Below, one piece after another: positions 1 to 7,465 of a stretch of 64,000 nt of DNA. The notes below the pieces were generated by a model that saw only the letters and a program-made list of their open reading frames with translations, ran no database searches and was not told the DNA's origin. Origin of the DNA: an uncultured Acidobacteriota bacterium (GTDB lineage Bacteria; Acidobacteriota; Thermoanaerobaculia; Gp7-AA8); contig CAWCBB010000028.1 of assembly GCA_963793695.1 (NCBI GenBank), positions 657 through 64,656 on the forward strand, in the 5' to 3' direction. The first letter of the stretch is position 1. The number at the start of each line of letters is the position of its first letter. Position numbers and translations under genes: made by a program.

Positions 1-160
1 TGCAGATTGCAGATTCGCGATTGACGGCCGCCGGTTTTGATTTTCGTTAATCGGCCAAGGTCATCCCCCAGAGCGGAGCGAGGATCTGGGTGGGGCAGCA
101 CTTACGCGATGGCGAAGAATGGCGCGGCCACCGATCCCACGAATCTCAATCTGCAATCGC
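1..160. repeat. Tandem-repeat-armed palindrome, TGCAGAT family (left edge cut by the window)
   Basis: TGCAGAT x2 plus a degenerate unit at 1-21. The inverted ATCTCAA TCTGCAA lies at 143-156. The core carries the box variant GTCATCCCCCAGAGCGGAGCGAGGATCTGG (60-89). Confidence 0.8.
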
Positions 161-1635
161 CCCCTACCGTTTCCCCGCCGCCATCAGCTTCTGGTTCAGC
201 TCCTTGATCCGCTCCTGGAGTTGGAGGATCTTCGCCTGGGCGTCGGCGCGGAGGCGCTCGAGCTCGCCCTTGAGGCGCGCGATCTCTTCCTCCTTGCCGT
301 TCCCGGCCGGCACTTTCTCCTCGAGCTGCCGGGCCCGGAACTCCAGATCGTGCCGCACCTGCTCGATCTCCTCGTCCTTCCGGAGGAGCTGGTTGCGGAA
401 ATTCTCCTGCTGCTCGTCGTAGAGCTTCTTGATCTCCATGAGCTCGACGATCTGCGAAAAATCGGCACGGCTCGGCATTGCGGATCCTCCCGGTTCGGGC
501 GCGCTCTTCGATTTGGGGGAACATCTTTCGGATCTTCAGGGAGAGGTCTTCCGGGTCGCTCGAGAGCTCCATCGCGTCCTCGTAGTTGATCCTCGACTGG
601 ACGAGCAGCGCGATCAGGCTCTGGTTCATCGACTGCATCCGGTAGTAGCCGACCGACCCTTCCATCTCCTCGAGGATGTCCTTGGTGAGTCCGTCCTCGA
701 TGAGCTTCGCGATCTTCGGCGAGTTCTTGAGGATCTCGACCGCGGCCGTGAGTCCGCCGTCGGCCGTCCGGACGAGCTTGAGTGAGATGATGCCGCGCAG
801 CACGAGCGAGAGCTGCGCCCGGATCTGCTTGTGCTGCTCGACCGGAAACGCGTCGATGATCCGGTCGATCGTCTGCGCCGCGTTGTTCGTGTGGAGCGTC
901 GAGAGGACGAGATGGCCCGTCTCCGCCGCGGTCATCACGGTCGCGATCGTCTCCATGTCGCGCATCTCCCCGACCATGATCACGTCCGGGTCCTGCCGCA
1001 TCGAGTTCTTGAGCGCCTCGCGGAAGCTCGGGGTGTCCGTGCCGACCTCCCGCTGCGAGACGACCGCGGTGTGGTCGGCGAAGAGGAACTCGATCGGATC
1101 CTCGACCGTGACGATGTGAAGCGGGTCGCGGTGCGAGACCTCCGAGATCATCGCGGCGAGCGTGGTCGACTTTCCCGAGCCCGTGGGGCCGGTCACCAGG
1201 ACGAGCCCGTCGGGCAGGCCGTCAGGTCGCGCAGGCCTCCGGCAGCTCGAGCTCGTCGATGCCGAGGATCTGAAAGGGAACGCGGCGGAAGACGGCGGCG
1301 ACCGTGCCGCGCTGGGTGTAGAGGTTCGCCCGGAACCGCGCGACGCCCGGCACTCCGTAGCCGAAGTCCACCGACTGGGTCTCCTCGTAACGGACCTTCT
1401 GCGCCGCGCTGAGAATGGGCAGGAGCATCCGCTCGAGGTCCGCCGGACGCAGCGGCTCGGCCTTGATCGGCACGAGCTTGCCCTGAACCCGGAGAAGCGG
1501 TGGGCGCATCGGCTTGAGGTGAAGATCCGACGCCTGCTGCTCCGAGACGAACGCCAGCAGGTCGTTCAGCTCCATCGGCCTGGCCGCCCCGGCGGTGGTT
1601 TCCTTCGCGCTGCATCTCTCGTGGGACTCCGTCAT
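102..1635 (-). CDS. pilT: Type IV pilus twitching-motility ATPase PilT, reading frame disrupted
   Basis: The N-terminal part (MELNDLLAFVSEQQASDLHL...GIDELELPEACAT) lies in the frame of ORF 1222..2124. The Walker A region onward (GPTGSGKSTT, DVIMVGEMRD, LVLSTLHTNNAAQTIDRI) lies in ORF 102..1196, and the frames switch near 1215-1225. PilT-like sequence ends near ~500 (..DLSLKIRKMF), but there is no in-frame stop until 102, so the ORF overlaps the next gene. The start is 1635 (ATGA overlap with the upstream stop) or 1575. Confidence 0.8.
164..478 (-). CDS. Small coiled-coil protein (E/K/Q/L-rich), function unknown
   Basis: 104-aa ORF. A GGGAGGA Shine-Dalgarno lies 6 nt upstream of the ATG at 478. 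The heptad-like sequence EEIEQVRHDLEFRARQLEE...LQLQERIKELNQKL is present. The stop at 164-166 abuts a repeat element. Confidence 0.55.
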   Translation of the reverse strand: MPSRADFSQIVELMEIKKLYDEQQENFRNQLLRKDEEIEQVRHDLEFRARQLEEKVPAGNGKEEEIARLKGELERLRADAQAKILQLQERIKELNQKLMAAGKR

Positions 1636-2015
1636 TTCCTTCGCATCACCGAGTCGAGGATCATCAGAAACGCCTCCTGCTGCTTCGCCTCGGTCTTGTT
1701 GATGACCGCGATCGCATCTCCGATCTGGAACCTGCGGTGCAGCTCTTCGGCGGAGTGCGAGGAGGTCACCAGGATCCTCTTCGAGGGGACCCCGCGCTGA
1801 CGAGCGTACTCGACGAACTTCTGGCCGTCCATCCCCGGCATCTCGAGATCGACGATCAGAAGGTGGATCGACTCGTCGATTTTCGGCAGCGCGTCGTACG
1901 GATGGCGATACGTCTCCACCTGCGCCGCCCCCTGATATCGCTCCTCGAGGATGTTCTCGAGAAGATGGCAGAACGCGACCGAGTCGTCGACGACGACGAT
2001 CCGCTTGCCGCTCAA
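1632..2015 (-). CDS. Stand-alone response-regulator receiver domain protein (CheY-like)
   Basis: Receiver motifs KRIVVVDDS...LLIVDLEMPGMDG...KRILVTS in the C-terminal part of ORF 1632..3053. A TTG start at 2015 overlaps the pyrC stop (TTGA), and the stop overlaps the pilT start (ATGA). Confidence 0.75.
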   Translation of the reverse strand: MSGKRIVVVDDSVAFCHLLENILEERYQGAAQVETYRHPYDALPKIDESIHLLIVDLEMPGMDGQKFVEYARQRGVPSKRILVTSSHSAEELHRRFQIGDAIAVINKTEAKQQEAFLMILDSVMRRK

Positions 2016-3406
2016 CGTTTCCGTTTCTCCTTCGAGCGCCGGGCCGGCGCCGGTGGGGTGCGGGCGTCTCGCCCGCCTTTCGACTTCTCCACCACGAGCG
2101 GCGGGCGGGACGCCCGCGCCACACCGGGCTCCGCGCGGAAGCGGATCCGCCCGCCGACGATCGTGGCCGCGACGCGGCCGCGATAGCTGTTTCCGATGAA
2201 CGGAGAGTTCGACGAGCGGGACACGAACGAGCTCCCGACCTCGGTCTTCCCGGCCGGGTCGAGGATCGTGACGTCGCCGATCGCCCCCTCCCGCAGCGTC
2301 CCTCCCGGGAGCCGGAAGATCCGTGCCGGAGAGGTCGACATCAGATCGATCAGCTTCATCAGGTCGATCTTCTTCGTCTTCGCCACGAGCAGGTCGTAGC
2401 AGACGGCGAACGCCGTCTCGAGGCCGATGACGCCGAAGGGCGCCAGGTCGAACTCGACGTTCTTCTCGTCGGGGTGATGCGGAGCATGGTCCGTCGCGAT
2501 GACGTCGACCGTCCCATCGGCGACCGCGTCGACGAGAGCCCGCCGGTGCTCTTCCGAACGGAGCGGCGGGTTCATCTTGAAGTTCGTGGAGAACGACCGG
2601 ATCTCTTCGTCCGTCAGGGCGAGGTGGTGCGGGGTGGCCTCGCACGTCACGCGGAGCCCGTTCTTCTTCGCCCGGCGCACCGCGTCGAGCGCCCCGCGCG
2701 TCGAGATGTGACCGACGTGCACGTGCCCCCCGGTCAGCTCCGCGAGGATCATGTCGCGCGTCGTGAGGACGTCCTCCGAGGCGGCCGGGATCCCGCGCAT
2801 GCCGAGGAGGGTCGAGATCATGCCCTCGCTCATGACGCCGCCGTCGCTCAGATCGAGGTCCTGCTCGTGGACGACGATCGGCGCCGAGAGCATCGTCGCG
2901 TACTCGAGCGCCCGCCGCATCAGGAGCGCGTTCTTCACCGGCCTGCCGTCGTCGCTGAACGCGACGCACCCTCCCAGCCTCAGGTCGGCCATCTCGGCGA
3001 GCGCCTCTCCCGCGAGCCCGCGGCTGACCGCCCCGATCGGATAGACGCGGCACGCGCCGTTGCGCGCCGCTTCCGCCACGATCATCTCCGTCACGGCGCG
3101 CTCGTCGTTCGGCGGCACCGTGTTCGCCATCGAGCAGACCGCCGTGTAGCCGCCCGCGACCGCCGCGCGCGTCCCCGTCGCGATCGTCTCCTTGTGCTCC
3201 TGCCCCGGCTCGCGAAGGTGCGTGTGCAGATCGATCAGCCCCGGCGCGACGACCAGCCCCGCGGCGTCGAAGATCTCCACCCCTTTCGGAGCCCGTACGC
3301 CGGCGCCGACCCGGGAGATCGATCCGTCTTCGATGAGCACGTCGAGCTTCGCGTCGACGCCCCGGCCCGGGTCGACGACCCGGCCGTTCTGAATGAGCAG
3401 GTTCAT
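2012..3406 (-). CDS. pyrC: Dihydroorotase
   Basis: 464-aa ORF with GLIDLHTHLREPG, HVGHIST and ATDHAPH metal-binding motifs of the amidohydrolase/DHOase family. The last ~40 codons run through a REP doublet (2055-2123). Confidence 0.9.
   Translation of the reverse strand: MNLLIQNGRVVDPGRGVDAKLDVLIEDGSISRVGAGVRAPKGVEIFDAAGLVVAPGLIDLHTHLREPGQEHKETIATGTRAAVAGGYTAVCSMANTVPPNDERAVTEMIVAEAARNGACRVYPIGAVSRGLAGEALAEMADLRLGGCVAFSDDGRPVKNALLMRRALEYATMLSAPIVVHEQDLDLSDGGVMSEGMISTLLGMRGIPAASEDVLTTRDMILAELTGGHVHVGHISTRGALDAVRRAKKNGLRVTCEATPHHLALTDEEIRSFSTNFKMNPPLRSEEHRRALVDAVADGTVDVIATDHAPHHPDEKNVEFDLAPFGVIGLETAFAVCYDLLVAKTKKIDLMKLIDLMSTSPARIFRLPGGTLREGAIGDVTILDPAGKTEVGSSFVSRSSNSPFIGNSYRGRVAATIVGGRIRFRAEPGVARASRPPLVVEKSKGGRDARTPPAPARRSKEKRKR
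2055..2123. repeat. REP-A doublet (REPIN-like) in the 3' end of pyrC
   Basis: GGGGTGCGGGCGTCTCGCCCGCC, a 22-nt spacer, then GGCGGGCGGGACGCCCGCGCCAC. The 69 nt are read in frame as GVARASRPPLVVEKSKGGRDARTPP. Confidence 0.85.
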
Positions 3407-3414
3407 CGCGGTCC

Positions 3415-4368
3415 CTATCCCTGATTCTCCGTGAGATGCCCCCCGGCGAGGAGGTAAAGAACGGCCATTCGCACGGCGACGCCGTTGGTCACCTGGTCGA
3501 GGATGACCGAGAAGCGGCCGTCGGCGACGTCCGAGGAGATCTCCACGCCGCGGTTCATCGGACCGGGGTGCATGACGAGCACTCCCTCCTTGGCCCGCCG
3601 CAGCCTCTCGGACGTCAGCCCGAACGTGTTGAAGTACTCGCGGACCGAGGGGAACGAGAGCTTCCCCTGACGCTCGAGCTGGATGCGCAGCATCATCACC
3701 ACGTCCGCCCCCTCGAGCGCCTCGTCGAGCGAGTGGACGACCCGCACGCCGAGCTTCTCGATCTCCGCCGGAATGAGCGTGGGAGGGCCGGCGAGCGTGA
3801 CGTTCGCCCCCATCTTCGTGAGCAGGTGAATGTTCGAGCGAACGACGCGGGAGAAGGTGATGTCGCCCACGATCGAGACGTTGACCCCGGAGAGGCGGCC
3901 GAGCCGCTCGCGGATGGTGAAGGCGTCGAGCAGCGCCTGCGTGGGGTGCTCGTGCGCGCCGTCGCCGGCGTTGATGATCGAGGCCGAAAGGACGTCCGCG
4001 AGCATCTTCGGCGAGCCCGCGTGACGGTGCCGGATCACGATCATGTCCGGTCGCATCGCCATCAGGTTCTTCGCCGTGTCGATGAGCGTCTCCCCCTTCT
4101 CGACCGACGAGCCGGAGGCGCTGAAACCGAGCGTGTCGGCCGAGAGCCGTTTCTCGGCGATCTCGAACGAGACCCGCGTCCGGGTGGACGCCTCCATGAA
4201 GAGGTTGATGACGAGCTGGCCGCGCAGCGCCGGAACCTTCTTGACCGGCCTCTCGCTGACTTCCTTGAACCCTTCCGCCGTATCGAGGATCAGCTGAATC
4301 TCCTCGGGGGTCAACGGCTCGATGCCGAGAAGGTCCTTCGAACGGAGGGAGGAGGTTTGAGCGCGCAT
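3415..4368 (-). CDS. pyrB: Aspartate carbamoyltransferase catalytic subunit
   Basis: 317-aa ORF with STRTR, HPTQ and HPGP motifs typical of ATCase, located next to pyrC. Confidence 0.95.
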   Translation of the reverse strand: MRAQTSSLRSKDLLGIEPLTPEEIQLILDTAEGFKEVSERPVKKVPALRGQLVINLFMEASTRTRVSFEIAEKRLSADTLGFSASGSSVEKGETLIDTAKNLMAMRPDMIVIRHRHAGSPKMLADVLSASIINAGDGAHEHPTQALLDAFTIRERLGRLSGVNVSIVGDITFSRVVRSNIHLLTKMGANVTLAGPPTLIPAEIEKLGVRVVHSLDEALEGADVVMMLRIQLERQGKLSFPSVREYFNTFGLTSERLRRAKEGVLVMHPGPMNRGVEISSDVADGRFSVILDQVTNGVAVRMAVLYLLAGGHLTENQG

Positions 4369-4395
4369 TTCCTGTCAGTCTATCGATCGCGTTCG

Positions 4396-4566
4396 GAAGT
4401 CAAAGGCCGGGCACGGGCGCGGGCGCGTTCACGGGCGCGGGATTCGAACCGTGATCGACTCGCAGGACAAGGTCAACGATCAACGAACATGATCTCAATC
4501 AGCAATCGTACCGCTCGGCTCCCGTGCACGCGCCCGCGCCCGTGCCCGCGCCCGGCTTTTGCGTTC
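4396..4566. repeat. Tandem-repeat-armed palindrome, hexamer GGGCRC family
   Basis: Left arm: GAAGTCAAAGG followed by 6 hexamers (CCGGGC ACGGGC GCGGGC GCGTTC ACGGGC GCGGGA) at 4407-4442. Right arm: the inverted array at 4520-4555 followed by CTTTTG. It fills the pyrR-stop to pyrB-start spacer. Confidence 0.85.
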
Positions 4567-4568
4567 CT

Positions 4569-5108
4569 TTACGCCTTCTCCTGGATGAGGACCTCGTCCT
4601 CCCCGTCCATCTCCTCGAGCTTGACTTTGATCACTTCGTCGCGGTCGGTCGGGATCGTCTTTCCGACCACGTCGGCGTGGATCGGCAGCTCGCGATGGCC
4701 GCGGTCGACGAGGACCGCCAGCTGGACGGCGCGCGGGCGGCCGAAATCGATGAGGGCATCGAGCGCGGCGCGCACCGTGCGGCCGGTGTAGAGAACGTCG
4801 TCGACGAGCACGACGACCTTGTCGTCGATCGGCTCGGGGAGCTTGGTCGGCTTCACGACCGGCTGAGGGGCGATCGTGGTCAGGTCGTCGCGATAGAGGG
4901 TGATGTCGAGGATCCCGACCGAGACCGGCGTTCCTTCGATCTCTTCGATGTGGCGGGCGATCCGCTCGGCGAGCGGCACCCCGCGGCTGCGGATGCCGAT
5001 GATCAGGAGATCTTCGGTCCCGCGGTTCTTCTCGACGATCTCGATCGCCATGCGGTGAATCGCGCGGCGCATGCGCGCGCCGTCCATCAGCTTTTTCTTC
5101 GTCTTCAT
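4569..5108 (-). CDS. pyrR: Bifunctional pyrimidine operon regulator / uracil phosphoribosyltransferase PyrR
   Basis: 179 aa from the ATG at 5108 (GAGGA lies 8 nt upstream). The PRPP-binding motif [13 protein letters not shown] and the PyrR-like N-terminus are present. The gene heads the pyrR-pyrB-pyrC block. Confidence 0.9.
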   Translation of the reverse strand: MKTKKKLMDGARMRRAIHRMAIEIVEKNRGTEDLLIIGIRSRGVPLAERIARHIEEIEGTPVSVGILDITLYRDDLTTIAPQPVVKPTKLPEPIDDKVVVLVDDVLYTGRTVRAALDALIDFGRPRAVQLAVLVDRGHRELPIHADVVGKTIPTDRDEVIKVKLEEMDGEDEVLIQEKA

Positions 5109-5428
5109 TCCGGGATTCCTCGGCTGCGGAGCCGCAGCGGCGGGAGTCGGCCCCAGGGCCGTTCGTCCGGGGGAGGATAGCAGAACCCGGACGAGGGTTG
5201 AACGGAGCCCGGACCGAGAGGTTTCGAGAGGCGAGGGGAGCCCTCGCAGAGGGGCGGCGCGCCGCGGAAAACGAGCAGATATAGAACCCCCCTCCCAGAT
5301 ATGCGAAAGCAGCATAAATAAATCGCAGAATTCATTGATTCGCCGTGGGTTACGGGTAAGGCGCTTCAAGAGAAGAGTTTAAAAATGGAGTTTCCAAAAA
5401 GAAGTTGTCAGATGTGACGAACGCCACG

Positions 5429-5456
5429 TTGACACCTGAGGATCAAGTCATAGAAT
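5429..5456 (+). promoter_or_regulatory. Candidate sigma70-type promoter for the M23 peptidase gene
   Basis: TTGACA (5429-5434), a 16-nt spacer, then TAGAAT (5451-5456). It lies in the only AT-rich divergent spacer of this part of the window, ~60 nt upstream of the start at 5518. Confidence 0.45.
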
Positions 5457-5517
5457 GGCCCCCGTCTTTTCGGGACAACCCGGACAATCGAATCGCAAGA
5501 ATCAGGTGGATGCTGGA

Positions 5518-6396
5518 ATGGGTAAGCGTTATTCAACGATCATCTTCGTCCCGCACGCGCGAGCGAGATTTCGCAAGCTGCGCGTATCGCATCGGACGAT
5601 GTTCTCCCTCCTCTCAGTGATCACCTCCTCGCTCTGCCTCTCGAGCTTCTTTTCCTACCAGTACTTCACGACTCTTTCCCAGACGCACGAGCTGGCGAAG
5701 CTCCGCCACGAGAACCAGGAGCTCGAGAAAGCGAACGAGCAGTTCAGCCGCTCGGTCGAGACGCTCCGCGGACAGCTCGATTCCGTCGAAGAGAAGACGA
5801 AGAAGCTCGCGATCATCGCCGGAGTCGAGACTCTCGATTCGGGAGCCGCGGGCGGGGTGGGCGGCGCGCGTCTGACGGATCCCGTCACCGCGACGCCGGA
5901 CCGCGACGAAGTCGACAAGATGAACTACGACTCGCGGAGGATCGCGGACGAGCTGAACCTGCTCGAGCGGCGGCTTTCCGAGCGCTCGCGCATGCTCTCG
6001 GCGACTCCCTCGATCGCGCCGGCGCACGGCATTCTCACGGACGGCTTCGGCGGACGCCGCGACCCGTTCACGGGAGAGGCAGGGAGCCACGCGGCCGTCG
6101 ACATCTCCTCCGACTTCGGCCAGCCGGTCCGCGCACCGGCGGACGGCGTCGTCTACAAGGCCGAGTGGGCGAACGGCTACGGCAACGTCATCTTCATCTC
6201 ACACGGCTACGGCTTCTCGACGCGCTACGCCCACCTTTCGAAGTTCGGCGTCAAGCCGGGCGACAAGGTCAAGCGCGACCAGATCATCGGGTACGTCGGC
6301 TCGACGGGCCGCAGCACCGGCCCCCACCTCCACTACGAGGTGCGCCTCAACAACAACCCGGTCAACCCGCTCGAGTACATCCTGAACGCGTTCTGA
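5518..6396 (+). CDS. M23 family metallopeptidase (murein DD-endopeptidase-like) with N-terminal TM and coiled coil
   Basis: HAAVDI and GSTGRSTGPHLHYEV (HxxxD / HxH) LytM-type motifs. The N-terminus KRYSTIIFVPHARARFRKLRV is typical of this family. The alternative upstream ATG at 5455 is less likely. Confidence 0.85.
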   Translation: MGKRYSTIIFVPHARARFRKLRVSHRTMFSLLSVITSSLCLSSFFSYQYFTTLSQTHELAKLRHENQELEKANEQFSRSVETLRGQLDSVEEKTKKLAIIAGVETLDSGAAGGVGGARLTDPVTATPDRDEVDKMNYDSRRIADELNLLERRLSERSRMLSATPSIAPAHGILTDGFGGRRDPFTGEAGSHAAVDISSDFGQPVRAPADGVVYKAEWANGYGNVIFISHGYGFSTRYAHLSKFGVKPGDKVKRDQIIGYVGSTGRSTGPHLHYEVRLNNNPVNPLEYILNAF

Positions 6397-6424
6397 TCCT
6401 GCCACCACCGGGAGCCAGAACGAG

Positions 6425-6455
6425 AAAGGAGGCCGCAAGGCCTCCTTTCTTTGTG
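6425..6455 (+). terminator. Rho-independent terminator after the M23 peptidase gene
   Basis: Perfect 10-bp stem AAAGGAGGCC / GGCCTCCTTT with a GCAA tetraloop, followed by CTTTGTGT. Confidence 0.7.
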
Positions 6456-6655
6456 TCTGGGTGTCTTGGGGTCTGGGAGTCTTGGCGTCGGTCTCGGCGT
6501 CTGGGTGTCTTGGGGTCTGGGAGTCTTGGCGTCGGTCTGGGAGTCGGGCGTCTCGGCGTCGGTCTCGGCGTCTGGGCGTCTTGGGGGGGTGGACTCGTGA
6601 CTCTGGACGCCTGGACCGACTCCCAGACTCCTGGACTCCAAGACCCCAAGACTGG
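6453..6655. repeat. Tandem-repeat-armed palindrome, octamer GTCTKGGN family (largest copy)
   Basis: About 17 units at 6455-6588, with a 44-nt higher-order repeat (6455 and 6499). The inverted arm has ~8 units (..GACTCCCAGACTCCTGGACTCCAAGACCCCAAGACT) at 6590-6655. There is almost no core. Confidence 0.85.
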
Positions 6656-6724
6656 CGTACGATCGACCCATCCACTCTGGCAACATCCGGGCCCGCGAGC
6701 GGCCCGATCGGAGGACCCGGCCCG

Positions 6725-7456
6725 ATGGCATCGGCGGAGGCGCGCGGAAGCGGTCTCTTTCAGACGACCCGGTGGAGCCTGATCTTCGCCGCGGCCGGCG
6801 ACGCGAGCTCCGGCGCCGAGGCGCGCGCCGACTTCTGCCGGATGTACTGGTACCCCGTCTATGCGTTCATCCGGCGCCGCGGCTACCCGCACGAGCAGGC
6901 CGAGGACCTGGCGCAGGGCTTCTTTTCCATCCTCCTCGAGAAGAACTACCTCGGCGCCGCCGATCGCGCGCGGGGGCGGTTCCGCAGCTTCCTCCGCTCC
7001 GCGGTCGCGCACTACCTCTCGCACGAGCGCGAGCGCGAGCGCGCCGCGAAGCGCGGCGGCGGGATTCAGCATGTCCCCATCGATCCTCCCGCCGATGAAG
7101 CGCGCTACACGGCGGAGCTCCCGGGCGGCGAGACGCCCGAGCAGCTCTTCGACCGCCGGTGGGCCCTGACGATCCTCGACGCCGCCCTGACGGCGCTCCG
7201 TGCCGAGTACGAGAGCCGCGGAAAGCGGCGCGAGTTCGACATCCTCTGCCCCGCTCTCGTCGGGGATCTCGAAGGGGTTCCGCGCGCGGAGCTCGCCGCG
7301 GAGCTTGGGCTTTCCGACGGCGCTCTCCGCGTCACCCTCCACCGGTTCCGCCGCCGCTTTCAGGCCGTCCTCCGGACCGTCGTCGCATCGACGGTCGACG
7401 ACGATGGTGCGGTCGACGACGAGATCCGTCACCTGATGCAGGCAATCTCGTCATGA
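6725..7456 (+). CDS. ECF-type RNA polymerase sigma factor (kinase-associated type)
   Basis: The ATG at 6725 has GGAGGA 9 nt upstream. It carries the FQTTRWSLI N-terminus typical of planctomycete/acidobacterial ECF sigmas and the region 4 helix ELGLSDGALRVTLHRFRRRF. A Ser/Thr kinase gene follows 9 nt later. Confidence 0.8.
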   Translation: MASAEARGSGLFQTTRWSLIFAAAGDASSGAEARADFCRMYWYPVYAFIRRRGYPHEQAEDLAQGFFSILLEKNYLGAADRARGRFRSFLRSAVAHYLSHERERERAAKRGGGIQHVPIDPPADEARYTAELPGGETPEQLFDRRWALTILDAALTALRAEYESRGKRREFDILCPALVGDLEGVPRAELAAELGLSDGALRVTLHRFRRRFQAVLRTVVASTVDDDGAVDDEIRHLMQAISS

Positions 7457-7465
7457 GGCTCTGAG

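Noticed and set aside
480-520. Programmed frameshift fusing PilT to the downstream coiled-coil protein.
   Set aside because: The coiled-coil frame has a TGA about 50 nt upstream of its ATG and its own good SD. I saw no slippery heptamer. An assembly indel is simpler, given the many other breaks.
5109-5300. A PyrR-binding attenuator in the pyrR leader.
   Set aside because: I looked for the UCCAGAGAGG-type loop on the transcribed (minus) strand and did not find it. The nearest match (GACCGAGAGGTT, ~5210) is on the wrong strand. Hairpins are present (for example GCTGCGG CTC CGCAGC at ~5122-5137), but I cannot support a specific regulatory call.
6453-6655. Possible CRISPR arrays: the short tandem arrays, and the 165-bp repeats at 57856-58335.
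   Set aside because: The arrays have periods of 6-8 nt with no spacers. The 165-bp units are repeated in full with no unique spacers. No cas genes are present.
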